Notes: a model not told the origin generated them from the sequence alone. A stretch of DNA of 64,000 bases from Candidatus Latescibacterota bacterium (GCA_964291625.2 OZ220089.1:3456001-3520000), one strand, 5' to 3'. Shown: positions 18,548 to 29,069, numbered from the stretch's first letter. A program made the numbers and translations.

Positions 18548-19105
18548 TCAGTCCTGCCTCTCCACAGGGGCGAGCATCCTCTCCAGGTCCCGGCTGCCCA
18601 CGGCGCCCTTGCGCACGACACCCTGGGAGTCAATCAGCAGTACCGAGGGGTAGCCCGGTACGCCGTAGGCTTGGTTCACCTCCCGAAGACGGTCGTGGCC
18701 GGCCTCCGAGGCAAGGCCGTACGGTACCAGCTTCTCATTGAGCACCGACCCCTCTCCCACGCCGACGACGACCACGGGGACTTGCTCGGAAGCCAGGGCG
18801 AGGGCCGGGTACGTGGCGTCGCAGGCCGGGCAGGTGGCGTCAGCGAAAAACAGAAGCCAGGATCGCCCCGCCGGCGCATCATCCGAGGAAACCGTGCCGC
18901 CTTGCAGGCCGTCGAGTGCGAAGGCAGGGGCGGGTTGGCCGATCAGCCGGGCAAAAGGCGCGGGAGTGACGCCGGGCGGGAAGCCGGTGTCGTACCGGGC
19001 CGCGAAGGCCACCAAAGCGGCCAAGAGGATGCCCGATCCCAAGGCCGTTGCGAACACCGAGGGCGGCACGTCGCCGTTGGGTCGCTCTCTCCGGGTTTCT
19101 TGCAT
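18548..19105 (-). CDS. Membrane-anchored TlpA/MauD-like redoxin A, copy 1
   Basis: TM anchor, GQPAPAF, CPAC, GYPSVLLID. Confidence 0.85.
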   Translation of the reverse strand: MQETRRERPNGDVPPSVFATALGSGILLAALVAFAARYDTGFPPGVTPAPFARLIGQPAPAFALDGLQGGTVSSDDAPAGRSWLLFFADATCPACDATYPALALASEQVPVVVVGVGEGSVLNEKLVPYGLASEAGHDRLREVNQAYGVPGYPSVLLIDSQGVVRKGAVGSRDLERMLAPVERQD

Positions 19106-19140
19106 CCCGAGGAATCCTCCTCAGCAGTGAGCATCCATAG

Positions 19141-19157
19141 AGCAAGCTAACTGCCAA
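19141..19157 (-). promoter_or_regulatory. Sigma54 promoter for peptide cassette 1
   Basis: Minus strand TTGGCAGTTAGCTTGCT matches TGGC-N7-TTGC, 36 bp upstream of the redoxin A start. Confidence 0.65.
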
Positions 19158-19278
19158 AGCTTGGTCTTGTCGCATAGTACCACAAATCTACCCTCGCTGG
19201 CAACCACTTTTTCGCTGCCATGCCCAACCAAGGCGATTCTGGCACCCCGCTACCTCCTCATGCTTCCCCTAAGCTCCA

Positions 19279-19670
19279 CAGTCGGTGTTGCCCGACAGGA
19301 CCACCTGGGGTGTCACGACCTTTTGCGCAGGGCCGCCTCCAGCGGCGCCGGGGGTCCGCATCTTGACCAAGACCTTCGTCTCGAATTCGAGCCTCGCCGA
19401 GAATCCTCAGGTACCCTTGGCTGGGCCGGGCGTAGCAGGTGAGGCGCAGCGGTGCTCGCAGCCGCACTAGGGCTTCACGTCGAACCGGAAGCCGACCTCC
19501 GGCGAGGGGTTCTCGGCCAGGATCGAGCGGCTGGCATCCATCAGGTTCTGTTGGGGGCGCGCTCCTCGCCGGGCTCGGCCGGGTCTAGGTGCAGGGGCTC
19601 TAAGCGGTTGGTCTCCCAGGGTGTTGAAGCCGACACGCCACCCCCTCTTGGCGGCCGGCCGCGCCGCCAT
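19279..19670 (-). pseudogene. Degraded 5' part of the PA0069-type radical SAM gene
   Basis: Aligns by eye to about 36309-36724 (KRG...GFNT, DASRSILAENPSPEVGFRF); stop codon and frameshifts. Confidence 0.85.
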
Positions 19671-19844
19671 GCCCCACAGCTTGCCCCTCCGGCGCCTAGG
19701 CCTCGTATTTCGCCCGAAGGGCACTTCCCGTGTCCACGCGTCAAGGATAGCACCCTTCACCAGAAAGGGCACAGCCTCTACTTCTGCGCAATGCCTAGCT
19801 GCGCGAATCTTGGTGTCTCTCAACAAGTGCAAGAAGAAGCCGGA

Positions 19845-20264
19845 TCAGTCAAAGGAAATGTCATCGGACAGGTCTTCGACCCGCTTGCGATGGGCCTCCA
19901 ATTCCCGGCGTCTTCTCTCTTCGGCGGCCTGTTGTGCTTCGAGGGCTTCCTTTTCCATGACGTTGGCGGCGTCCACGCACAGAACTAGGGTCTCACGATG
20001 AAGGTCCTTAACTTCCTCCATAGTTGTGCCGTCGAGGATGATTCTGTCACCTTCTACGCGGGCAATGCCTGGGCGATGCCTCAAGTTAGAGCGTGGAGGG
20101 AGATCCCAGGTTGTCAAGAAGAATTCACTCCAACGAAGCGAAGGAGTCCGGCTCAGCTGAAACGGTATTGCGTAGAGCGCTGAGGTGGCACCCAACGGTG
20201 GTGCAGTTACGTCGGAGACGATGATGTGAAGCACTGTTACAGGCTCGTCCGATGGTGTACTCAT
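19845..20264 (-). CDS. Hypothetical protein resembling a domain often found C-terminal to TIR/SEFIR domains
   Basis: SALYAIPFQLS...W..FF..W..PPR...HRPGIARVEGDRIILDGTT; family similarity is from recollection. GGAG RBS. Confidence 0.6.
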   Translation of the reverse strand: MSTPSDEPVTVLHIIVSDVTAPPLGATSALYAIPFQLSRTPSLRWSEFFLTTWDLPPRSNLRHRPGIARVEGDRIILDGTTMEEVKDLHRETLVLCVDAANVMEKEALEAQQAAEERRRRELEAHRKRVEDLSDDISFD

Positions 20265-20329
20265 TTGGTGGTAGCTCCTTATTGTGGTGGGGCGAAAGTG
20301 GACACGGGTCTTGCTCTCCGGATAGATTG

Positions 20330-21379
20330 TCAGTTTCCCTGAGAAGGCTTCTTCAAGAACTGCGGTTGTGAATCACACGAACCAATGAAATAGAAGCGGT
20401 GACCGAAATAGTCAGTGAACTCTGCGATAGTTTTCAGGCTCTCGTAGATGTGGTTGCCTAGGGTGTATTCTGGAGTATTCGTATGTATGGTATCGGCTCC
20501 GAAGATTCTGATTGCCTCTGTCTTGTCGATCACGAATCCATGGTCCTTGTAAGAGTAGACTAGCTCATGGGCGATCCTTTTGGGCGTGTTAGCCGGGGCC
20601 TTTGGGTTGGTTTGGCGAGCGTGGAGTAACTTTTCGGCGTACTGCACTGCAGATTCCGCCACCCGCTCATGGTAGCCAAGGCTGATGGGCTGAAGAGAGA
20701 GATGAAGGTACTTTGCGAACATCTCACTGGCGTGCGGATGACTACTAATGAGGTCTGCAATATGCTCTACGGCGTTCTTTAGGCCAAGGGCAGGCAGGTT
20801 GTTTATCTGTGGGTCGATTGGTCCTAACTCACTCAGACTACCCATATGAATCTCGTCGGCCCCGCAGCAGATCAAAGTCGCGGCAGACTTGGCCTGACGA
20901 GGCACCACTACAACGAACTTCTTGGTTGTGCTTTCCCGACAGAGCTTGCTAATGAGATATGCGGATCCGATATCCCCGCCCGAAGAAAACAGGATAAGCA
21001 AGAGAGGTGCATCGCTTGCACTCTGCTTGGCTGCTGCAGAGTAGATCTTGTCGGCATCAGCCTTGACCATCCTGATATCGTCGTGCAGAATCAGGGTGTT
21101 GTACTCCTTAGCAATGGCATGTTGATCCAGAGTCTGGCTCAAGTACCGCGAGATGAGTTCGTCCCTCTCTATAGATGCCCTGTCTTTTTCTGGAGAGTCA
21201 GGATCTAGGGACTTGAACAGCGGTCCCAAGAGATCGGTGATGGTAAGGGGTTCCTTTTGAGGCGTGGCCTCCTCCGATTCCTTTCCTTCGGGCTCTTGGT
21301 ACTGTGGCGCATCCGCGGCTGGCTCACTCCCAGTTTCTGGCTGTGCTTCCTCGGTGTCCTTCTCCATTTTCTTGGTCAC
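20330..21379 (-). CDS. SDH-family Clp-fold serine protease (SppA/S49-like)
   Basis: SSGGDI, AKSAATLICCGADEIHMGSLSELGPIDPQ, YKDHGFVID; lower GC. Confidence 0.8.
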   Translation of the reverse strand: MTKKMEKDTEEAQPETGSEPAADAPQYQEPEGKESEEATPQKEPLTITDLLGPLFKSLDPDSPEKDRASIERDELISRYLSQTLDQHAIAKEYNTLILHDDIRMVKADADKIYSAAAKQSASDAPLLLILFSSGGDIGSAYLISKLCRESTTKKFVVVVPRQAKSAATLICCGADEIHMGSLSELGPIDPQINNLPALGLKNAVEHIADLISSHPHASEMFAKYLHLSLQPISLGYHERVAESAVQYAEKLLHARQTNPKAPANTPKRIAHELVYSYKDHGFVIDKTEAIRIFGADTIHTNTPEYTLGNHIYESLKTIAEFTDYFGHRFYFIGSCDSQPQFLKKPSQGN

Positions 21380-21841
21380 GAGATTTCGTGTCTCCTTCTG
21401 CAGTTAGTTTCGTGAGCCTCACAGTGTACCTGGTGTGAGTGGTAGATGTCAAGGAGATCGTGTAAGAAAGGTGTATAGAAAGAGATCAGGCGGTCCTCTT
21501 GATTCCGTAACCTTGGTAGAGGGGTTCTCTTGGATTGGTTTCCGGCGTCTCAGAGGCCAGCGACTCGGCCAGTTCGAGGCAGGAACCCCCGCCGGCGCCC
21601 CCAATCACGGACAGGTGCGGACAAGAGTAGAGGCGGGGAGGTGCCGGGCCTCGAAGACGCCGGGGCTTAAGCGCACCCTGGCGTCCAGTTCCTTCAACTC
21701 CACCAAGCGGGCGGTGATCGGTGCAGGGGTTGCCCGCGCGCCGATCGCCGTCCGCCGCGGCCCTTTGATTAGGGTCGCCTCCGGGCGCATCGAGATGACT
21801 AGGGCCTCGAGGGAGCGGCTCAAGCCCCAAGGGGCTGTTGA

Positions 21842-22447
21842 TCAGCGGCCCGGGATGCCGCCCAGCACAGTGTAGCGCTCGAGGGCGGCCTCGGCGGCCG
21901 GCGCCGCCACGGGCCGGTAGAGCTCGGTGTCGACGCCGTGGGGGACCGGGGCCATGGGCAGGCCGAAGCGCTCTTCGGCGCACAGGGAGCGCGAGACGCC
22001 GACGAAGAGATCGGCGCCGCAGCGCAGGACCTCCCGGAGGCGGGCGTCGGACGGCCCGGGCCGATCGGGGAGGACGGCGATGAAGGGGAGTCCGAGCCGC
22101 CGACGGATCTCGGCGCCGGCCAGGGCCGGAGAGGCTCCGAAGCTGCATACCACGTCGGCGTCGGCCAGCAGCGAGCACCAGTGCGGGGCGAGCCCCCGGC
22201 AGGCGCCGGCGGCGAGCCTCGGCTCGGGGTCGTCCGCTCCCGGCACCGAGGTCCGGTGCACCTGGATGGGGGAGCCGCCGGGGCGGAGCAGGATCTCGTC
22301 GCTGGCCAACCCCCGCCCCTCTCCGACGATGGAGATGACGCGGACCCTGCAGCCGCTCCGGGCCAGGCCGTCGGCGCAGTCCTGAACCCTGCGCTCCAGG
22401 CCCCCGGCGGGGGGCGGGATCTCCTGACCGATCAGGCCGATGTTCAT
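21842..22447 (-). pseudogene. GT4 glycosyltransferase, N-terminal domain only (truncated)
   Basis: GQEIPPPAGGLERRV...PVPHGVDTELYRP, then a stop; no C-terminal nucleotide-sugar domain. Confidence 0.65.
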
Positions 22448-22496
22448 CTGCGCGGCTCCGCGGCGAGAGTGGGTGGGCGAATGCCCGGGGCCTTCT

Positions 22497-22558
22497 CCCT
22501 TACAAACGCCGTGCCAGCACCCCCGAGGCCCCGCCGCGTGCTGGGCGGCAACGACTTG
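22497..22558 (-). promoter_or_regulatory. Sigma54-like promoter plus IHF-like site
   Basis: CTGGCACGGCGTTTGTAAGGG, identical to 25727-25747; CAA-N4-TTG at 22549-22558. Confidence 0.6.
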
Positions 22559-22676
22559 CGGCCTTCCCCGGGGCTCTGCCGCCCGGCCGGGTGTGAGTGA
22601 CCGGTGCCACCGGTGGGGCGTGGAGGTGACACCCCCGGGGCAGGGGCCCTGCTCCCCGTGGGACGGCTCTGCCTCT

Positions 22677-23672
22677 CTACCATTCCACGGCCTCCAGTCC
22701 CGCCAGGGCCTTGCCTTCCCTGGCCTCGATGTCCTGGAGCCGGGACTGAATGCGGGGCAGGAGGCTGGCCGGCTCCTTGAGGGCCCCCTTGAGGCACAGG
22801 CTCTTCACGACGAACCAGCCCTGGGAGATCGTCCCGAGCTCGGCGCCGAGCGCTGCCAGGCCGGGCTGGTCGAAGAGCCGGCCCACGTGGCCCAGGAACC
22901 GGCCATGCCCTTCCCGGAGCACGGCGATCTCCAGCAGCAGCCGCGCGCAGTGCTGCAGGTGGCTTCGCAGGAGAGCGTCCTCACGCCTCGCCCAGGCCCC
23001 GGTATCCGCCGCGAGCTGCCGGATCCCCTCCAGGCCCATCACCAGGCCCGCCTGTCCCCGGGTGGCCGACATGCTCCGGAGGTTGCGGCGCAGGAGGCCC
23101 TGAAGGGGGGCGCGGCGCAGGGAGGGAGGCTGCGCCGGCGCCCGCAGCCAGGTCCAGTTGTAGCGGCCGCGCACCCCGGAGAAGGCGCTCATGTCCCAGG
23201 AGGCGAGGAACAGGCCGAGGGGAATGTCCCGCGCGGAGGGCTGCCAGGGCGACGGATCGATGAGGTGGACGGTGCCCGGCGGGTCGTCGTACCCGGCGGC
23301 GATGTACTGGTGGTCGGCATGGCGCAGGCGGGGATAGAGGCCGGCCCGGGCGAGGGCGAAGACGTCGACGTTGACGGCCACCGGGGTACCGGCGTCGAGC
23401 AGCGATCTCACGGCCTTCCACGCGGCCTCGGGGTCCGCCGCGGCGCGGTGGAAGAGGCCGATCCCGAAGGCGCCGAGCATCGTCGGAAGGGGGATGGCGC
23501 GGCCGTCGATGGCGAAGCGTCCCTCCTCCCGGAGGTAGAGGAAGTCCCAGTTGGAGAAGCAGGGCACGGTGGGCTCGTGGCCGTGGAAGCGCAGCAGACT
23601 GTCGAGCACCACGTAGACGCAGTTGTAGTGCCGGTTGGCGCAGAAGGGAATGCCGGTGATCCGCTGGCTCAT
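22677..23672 (-). CDS. BtrH-like (papain-fold N-terminal/DUF4872-like) protein
   Basis: HYNCV, GTPVAVNVD...LY, HADHQYIAAGYD, HLIDP, GLEGIRQLA. Confidence 0.7.
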   Translation of the reverse strand: MSQRITGIPFCANRHYNCVYVVLDSLLRFHGHEPTVPCFSNWDFLYLREEGRFAIDGRAIPLPTMLGAFGIGLFHRAAADPEAAWKAVRSLLDAGTPVAVNVDVFALARAGLYPRLRHADHQYIAAGYDDPPGTVHLIDPSPWQPSARDIPLGLFLASWDMSAFSGVRGRYNWTWLRAPAQPPSLRRAPLQGLLRRNLRSMSATRGQAGLVMGLEGIRQLAADTGAWARREDALLRSHLQHCARLLLEIAVLREGHGRFLGHVGRLFDQPGLAALGAELGTISQGWFVVKSLCLKGALKEPASLLPRIQSRLQDIEAREGKALAGLEAVEW

Positions 23673-24304
23673 GGGGAGGCGGCGTCCGCCGCGGCGAGGG
23701 TGAGGGCGAAGAGGTGCATGGACGGGTTGTCCGGCAGCAGCAGGGCCGAGAGGGGCCGGGGGCCGGGCAGGTCGATCCCCTGGTGCCAGATCCCGGCCTC
23801 GATGCGCGTCTCCTCCGTCTCGCAGCCGGCTTCGGGCGGGGAGGAACCGATGAGAGATGAGAGAGGGACCGACGTGTCGGGGGTCGTGAGCGGACAGCAG
23901 AGGGCCATGCCTTCGCCGTACTGCAGCCCCCCGTAGCGCGGCGCGTCGCTCAGTCCCAGGCGGGTCTCCGCCAGGGTGCCGTCGGCGGCCTTCAACCGGA
24001 GGGGTTCCTCGAAGGCGCGCCAGTCGCACATGCCCAGGACGTGGAGGACACCCCAGGGGCCCGGCGGCAAGGGGATCACCTGGGACTCGCAGGCGATGTT
24101 GTCCTTCGAGCCGCGGGTTCGGCCCGCGAGGACGAAGGGTATCCCCCGGCTGACGATGGTCGCCCCCGGGGCCGGGAGGCTCTCGGCCCGGAAGGCCGTG
24201 CCCATCCCGTCGAGGCCGCCGTCCTCCGGCCGTCCGGCCGGGGCGATGCCGCCGTTGTTGAAGTGGGAGGACAGGTCCAGGGGGGCGTGGCGGTCCCCGG
24301 GCAT
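23669..24304 (-). CDS. Hypothetical protein, probable carbohydrate-associated beta-sandwich
   Basis: LDLSSHFNN, GLDGMG, KDNIACESQ, LPDNPSMHLFALTL; 4-nt overlap with the BtrH-like gene. Confidence 0.6.
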   Translation of the reverse strand: MPGDRHAPLDLSSHFNNGGIAPAGRPEDGGLDGMGTAFRAESLPAPGATIVSRGIPFVLAGRTRGSKDNIACESQVIPLPPGPWGVLHVLGMCDWRAFEEPLRLKAADGTLAETRLGLSDAPRYGGLQYGEGMALCCPLTTPDTSVPLSSLIGSSPPEAGCETEETRIEAGIWHQGIDLPGPRPLSALLLPDNPSMHLFALTLAAADAASP

Positions 24305-24311
24305 GGAACCC

Positions 24312-25683
24312 TCAGGCCGGATGGACGGGTTCCGGAGAGAGCACTGGCCGGCCGCTGTCCGCGCGGTCCCGTCGGCCGGCGGAATGGGGCCCCGTCAGGC
24401 GGCGCCAGGTGTCGATGAACAGCGCGTCGAAGGCGAGGCTGCCGGCGCGGGCGCCCTCATCGAGGACATGATCGCCGGCGGGGAGCGGGCCGGCCGTCAG
24501 CCGGCGCACCGCCGCTGCGAGGCCCTCCACCGTGGGGGTGAACCGCTGCCGCGGCGGGACCAGCGACGCGGCCTCGACCCGGTCGGGCGCGTCCGCCACC
24601 AGCGTGCATACCCCCCGCGCCGCCGCCTCCAGCGGGGTCAGGCCGCAGGTCTCGTAGCGGGACGGACAGACGAACAGGCCGCGTCCGGCCAACTCGTCGA
24701 GCAGCTGGGCCAGGTCGCCGCGCGGGACCCTGGGGGCAAAGCGGAAGCGGTGGGCCAGGGACTCGTCCACCAGTCTCTCCAGGCGCCGGCGCTCGCCGTC
24801 CCGGGGAGGCCCCCCGATGATCAGCACGCGCAGGTCGAGACCCGACCTCAGCAGCCGCAGCGCGGCCTGCACGAGAAGCTCGACGTTCTTGAACGCGTCC
24901 AGCCGCGAGCAGGCCGTGCACAGGATCACCCCCGGACCGGCCCCGCCGATGAAGCGCCGCAGTCGCGCACCGGCCTCCGAGAAACCGCTGGCCCCGTCCG
25001 CCCATTCCAATGGAGGGTGGATCCGGTGGATGAACCGGCCTTCGACGCCGTGCCTCCGCAGGTAGTCGGCCTGGATCGCCGAGATCTCGACGGCGGAACC
25101 GCGGCTGCGGGCGAGGCAGTCCAGCCCGATGCGCTGGTGGTTCCGCAGGTGCTCCAGCTTGGCGCGGCCGGCCCCGAAGGCATCCGCGGCCAGGCGCGGA
25201 CCCATGACCTCGACCACGTGGTCCACGAAGGGCGCGTGATGGGTGACGACGAAGGGTTGCCCCGGCGGGTGAAAGGGCAGCAGCACGTTGGTCTGGTAGT
25301 AGAGCCGTCCGCGGCCGAGGCGCGCGCGGGCGTCCTCCAGGGCCGCGCCACCACCCGGCGGCCCATGCCGAAGTGAAAGCCGACCTCCAGGGCCGGATAC
25401 CCGGGGAACTGCGCCGGCTCCAGCCGTGGCCGGTCCAACCCTCGTCGCGCCGGTAGAGCAGAAACCCGGCCAGCAGCCCGCGGCGGTGGAGGGCTTCCGC
25501 CGCCTTCAGGGCATAGGCGACGGCCCCGCACTTGAGAGGTCCCGCCCACGACGCGGGCGCGAAGTTGCCGTTGAGCACGATGATGCCCCGGCCCGGGCCA
25601 CGGCCGGTTGCGGGCCCGGGACCAGGCCGGCGCGGCTGAGGACACGGGGATGGCAGGGGGCGGGTAACGCCTGGCTGCGACAT
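24312..25683 (-). pseudogene. GT-B/GT4 glycosyltransferase with two frameshifts
   Basis: One coherent protein across three frames (FLLYRRDE / LEVGFHFGM / LYYQTN...VTHHAPF...SRLDAFKN...PSRYETCGLTPLEA); shifts near 25440 and 25347. Could be sequencing error. Confidence 0.7.
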
Positions 25684-25726
25684 TTCCCATCGACGGGGTT
25701 GGAGGGATGCCACGTTGCACGCAGTC

Positions 25727-25788
25727 CCCTTACAAACGCCGTGCCAGTTCCACCCGGGTCATCGACCGGGTTGGAGGACAAGGACTTG
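25727..25788 (-). promoter_or_regulatory. Sigma54-like promoter plus IHF-like site
   Basis: Same 21-mer as 22497-22517; CAA-N4-TTG at 25779-25788 at identical spacing. Confidence 0.6.
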
Positions 25789-25937
25789 CAGGAATCCGGC
25801 CGACCCCCGCCGCGGAATCGGGTGGGTCCTCCGGGAAACACCGGTGTGTGCCAGGGAGACGCGGCGCGAGGTCCGCTCAAGGCCCTCCTCGCCGGGCTCG
25901 GGGGTCGGGCTCCAGAGCAGGCGGTGCCGGGCACCGC

Positions 25938-26867
25938 TCAGGGACGCATCTGAAGGGCGGCCTTGATGCGCGCCCAGGAGGACGGCTCGACGGCGGAGAC
26001 ATCGTCGTAGCTGGAGGGGCTTTCACCGGCGCCGATCAGCAGGCCGTCGACGAAAGCATCGGCAAGGAGCAGGGGACGGGTGCCGGGGCTTAGCGACATG
26101 AGGATTTGTCGCCCGTACCCGTCCCTGTGTGCAGTGTCGTCGTTGTCGTATGTGTACATGGAGAATCCAATGATCTTGCCGGGATAGAGCCGCGACATCT
26201 CGGAGGCGTCCTCGTCGTTGTAGATGAGGTCGTCGAAGGGGGTCACCTTGAACTCGGTGACCGTGGTCACCGGGCTCTCACCGATGACGCCGCCCCCTGC
26301 GGCAGCGTATGGCTCCCCGACCACCCACTCGCTGGCCCCGAAATGGAACAGGTGCTCGCCTTCCGGCGCCTCGGCGATCACCATCCACTGCTGTGCCTGA
26401 CGGTGATCCTCCAGGATCTCTTCGGCCGTGCAGTGCTCACAGTACCTCCCACCACCGGAGGCGTAGCGCCCCCCGGTGTGGTCGCCGTCGACCATGAAGC
26501 GGATGCTGGAATCCCAGTTCTGCATCTCCCAGGGTTCGCGGCCGTCGTAGAGGTTGAAGTAGAGATCATCGAAACGCTCCATGGCGATCCAGAGGGTACT
26601 TGTGCTCTGGTTCCAGGCGAGCCAGATGCGGAAGTCCACTTCCGATGGATCGTATCGATGGTTCTCCCAGAAGAAGTCACTGGCCATCAGCGAGGGCTCG
26701 CCAATGACCTCGAGCCAGTCCTCGACGCTGCCGTCGGCCAAGTCGATCTGGTCCAGATCTTCGTCGAGCAGCTCGTAGAATGGGTAGATCTCGTCGCCGA
26801 TGTGGGCGTGCGCGGCGCTGGCGAGGCCAAGGAGCGGGATCAGGGTCAGCAGGAGGCGGGTGCGCAT
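25938..26867 (-). CDS. Secreted SWGRIK-family protein (paralog 2)
   Basis: Signal peptide AHA|HIGDEIYPFYELL; ends SSWARIKAAL. Confidence 0.85.
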   Translation of the reverse strand: MRTRLLLTLIPLLGLASAAHAHIGDEIYPFYELLDEDLDQIDLADGSVEDWLEVIGEPSLMASDFFWENHRYDPSEVDFRIWLAWNQSTSTLWIAMERFDDLYFNLYDGREPWEMQNWDSSIRFMVDGDHTGGRYASGGGRYCEHCTAEEILEDHRQAQQWMVIAEAPEGEHLFHFGASEWVVGEPYAAAGGGVIGESPVTTVTEFKVTPFDDLIYNDEDASEMSRLYPGKIIGFSMYTYDNDDTAHRDGYGRQILMSLSPGTRPLLLADAFVDGLLIGAGESPSSYDDVSAVEPSSWARIKAALQMRP

Positions 26868-26921
26868 GGTATCCTCCTTGGTTAACGGAGGTCTTCGGGA
26901 TAGGCCGGCAGACCGGACAGG

Positions 26922-27848
26922 CTACCGAAGGGCCGCCTTGATCCTCCCCCAGGAGGACGGCTCGACGGCGGAGACATCGTCGTAGCTGGAGGGGTCTTCT
27001 CCGGCACCGACAAGCAGGCCGTCGGAGAAGAGATCCGCGTTGATCATCTCTTGCGCTCTGCCGGAGAGCGATATCATGACGGGGGATGGCCCTTCCCAGG
27101 CCCGAATAGCGTCATTGTCCCACATGGACATCGAGAACCCGATAATCTTGCCCGAGTAGAGCTCCGATGCTTCGGAGCCCTCCTCGTCGTTGTAGATGAG
27201 GTCGTCGAAGGGGGTCAACATGAACTCGGTGACGGAGGTCGCCGGGCTCTGGCCGATGACGCCGCCCCCGGCTGCGGCATACGGCTCCCGGATCACCCAG
27301 TCGCTGGCGCCGTCGTAGTCGAGGATGTCGCCGCCGCCGGGCGCCTCGGCGATCGCCATCCACCGCTGTGCGTGACGGTGGTTCCAGAGCACTTGCTCGG
27401 GGGTGCACTGCTCGCAGTTGATCCCGAGAAACTGGCCGTAAATCCCGGCGGTGTGGTCGCCGTCGACCATGAAGGCGATGCTGGAATCCCAGTTGTTCAT
27501 GTCATGGAGTCCGGCCCCCTCGTAGCTATTGATGTAGAGATCATCGAAGCGCTCCATGGCGACCCAGAGGGTACCGCTGCTCTCGTTCCAGGCGAGCCAG
27601 ATGCGGAAGTCCAGGTCCGAGAGATCGTAGGCCCCGAACAGCCAGTAGAAATCGCTGGCCGTCAGTGAGGGTTCGCCGACGACCTCGATCCAGTCCTCGA
27701 CGCTGCCGTCGGTCAGGTCGATCCGGTCCAGGTCCTCGTCGAGGAGCTCGTAGAAGAAGTAGACCTGGTCGCCGACATGGGCGTGGGTGACGGTAGCGAG
27801 AACTAGGATCAGGAGGAAGGCCAAGAGCCTGGAAGGGTAGAGGCACAT
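26922..27848 (-). CDS. Secreted SWGRIK-family protein (paralog 3)
   Basis: Same conserved blocks; CEQC insert; ends SSWGRIKAALR. Confidence 0.85.
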   Translation of the reverse strand: MCLYPSRLLAFLLILVLATVTHAHVGDQVYFFYELLDEDLDRIDLTDGSVEDWIEVVGEPSLTASDFYWLFGAYDLSDLDFRIWLAWNESSGTLWVAMERFDDLYINSYEGAGLHDMNNWDSSIAFMVDGDHTAGIYGQFLGINCEQCTPEQVLWNHRHAQRWMAIAEAPGGGDILDYDGASDWVIREPYAAAGGGVIGQSPATSVTEFMLTPFDDLIYNDEEGSEASELYSGKIIGFSMSMWDNDAIRAWEGPSPVMISLSGRAQEMINADLFSDGLLVGAGEDPSSYDDVSAVEPSSWGRIKAALR

Positions 27849-27921
27849 GCTGTTACTCTTGTCGGGATGGACATCTACTTCCGAAGAAAGGAGTGAGCCC
27901 TTGGTGTCTCCGAGGGGTCTG

Positions 27922-27961
27922 AGCCAAGGGAGCTGGGATCCAGGACCCCGCTCCCTTGGCT
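27922..27961 (-). terminator. Hairpin 3' of precursor 2
   Basis: AGCCAAGGGAGC...GCTCCCTTGGCT; homologous to 30322-30354. Confidence 0.6.
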
Positions 27962-28009
27962 TGGAGCTGTGGCCGAGTGCCTAAAACGCACATCGAGCCA
28001 CTGGCGAGA

Positions 28010-28300
28010 CTATGGCCAGCCACATCGGCAACGCTTCAACCCCGATGAACCATAGGGGACGCACCCGGAAGACCAAGAGTAGCAGCTGGTATTGCACGAG
28101 GAAGTGCAAATTGAGGGGCTGGTGTTGTAGCACCAAGCTGCCCAGCAATAGTCGGCATGGGCCTTTTCAGGCATGCTCACCACGACAGCGGCGGCCATCA
28201 TCACGGCACCGACCCAGGCCAAGGGCAGGATCGCCTGCTTCCTGACGGCGTCCTCACTGGCGACGAAGCCGCCCACAAGGTCACGAAACTTCTTCAACAT
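28010..28300 (-). CDS. Cys-rich defensin-like peptide precursor 2
   Basis: Leader ends AHA; 8-Cys core; GAGGAG RBS. Confidence 0.9.
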   Translation of the reverse strand: MLKKFRDLVGGFVASEDAVRKQAILPLAWVGAVMMAAAVVVSMPEKAHADYCWAAWCYNTSPSICTSSCNTSCYSWSSGCVPYGSSGLKRCRCGWP

Positions 28301-28406
28301 AACTCACTCCTCGGTAAGGAAATGAACTGCGTTGATCTCAGAAACTACTCCACTTCCGCCCTGCCTTGCGCCACGTACCTCCTCTCTGAGCCGCAGGGGT
28401 GCGAGT

Positions 28407-29030
28407 TCATCCATTGAGCCATGCAATCAACGCCCTCAACGGCGGGGCGAGGTGGCCGCCAAAGGCGGCGGTGGCCAGCCCGCCGAGCACGAGGAAGGGG
28501 ACGAAGGGCAGGGCCCGGGCCAACTCCACCGTCTCAGGCAGGTCGCCCGAGGCCGTCCCCTTCTGAATCAGATTCGCCCCCTGCTGGTCGAGGCTCTGCC
28601 CGCTCTCCCAGACCATCTCCGCCCCATCGTCCCCGGCCAGCCCCATCCGGTGCCGCAGCACCGCTCCCGGCCGAAGCCGCCCCACCGGCAGCTCGTACCC
28701 GTAGGCCCGCCCGCTCCCGTGCCGCAGCTGCTGAAAGGCCAGCTCCACCAGCCACGCCGCCCCCCAGATGAGGGCATAGTCCTTCCAGCCGCCGGTCGAC
28801 ACGGCCAGCACCGCGAGAGCCGCCAGCCCGGGAATCACCACCACCGGACGCCTCTCCGGCTTCAGGCCCCACTCCAGCAGGCGGTATCCCACGACGAGAA
28901 AGGCGAAGGCCTCCAGGTAGCTCAGGGGCCGGTTCAGCACGAGCTGGGCGAAGCCGAAGCGGTTGGGGGTGTTGAAGCCGGCGGCGCGGCCCCTCTTGCC
29001 GGGAGGCCGGGGCGTGGCGGGGTCGGGCAT
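28407..29030 (-). pseudogene. Chimeric ORF: radical SAM N-terminal 25 aa fused in frame to the C-terminal half of the A24 peptidase
   Basis: MPDPATPRPPGKRGRAAGFNTPNRF + GFAQLVLNRPLSYLEAF...; both catalytic Asp motifs are absent. Confidence 0.85.
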
Positions 29031-29069
29031 GGGGGCGGTCTGGGTTTGGGGGGGGGGCGCCGGATAATG

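Noticed and set aside
21480-21840. Possible IS remnant truncating the GT4 gene
   Set aside because: No recognisable transposase motif or terminal inverted repeats.
29044-29057. Poly-G tract as a phase-variation switch
   Set aside because: Single short run, absent from the homologous position before the intact rSAM gene; no supporting evidence.
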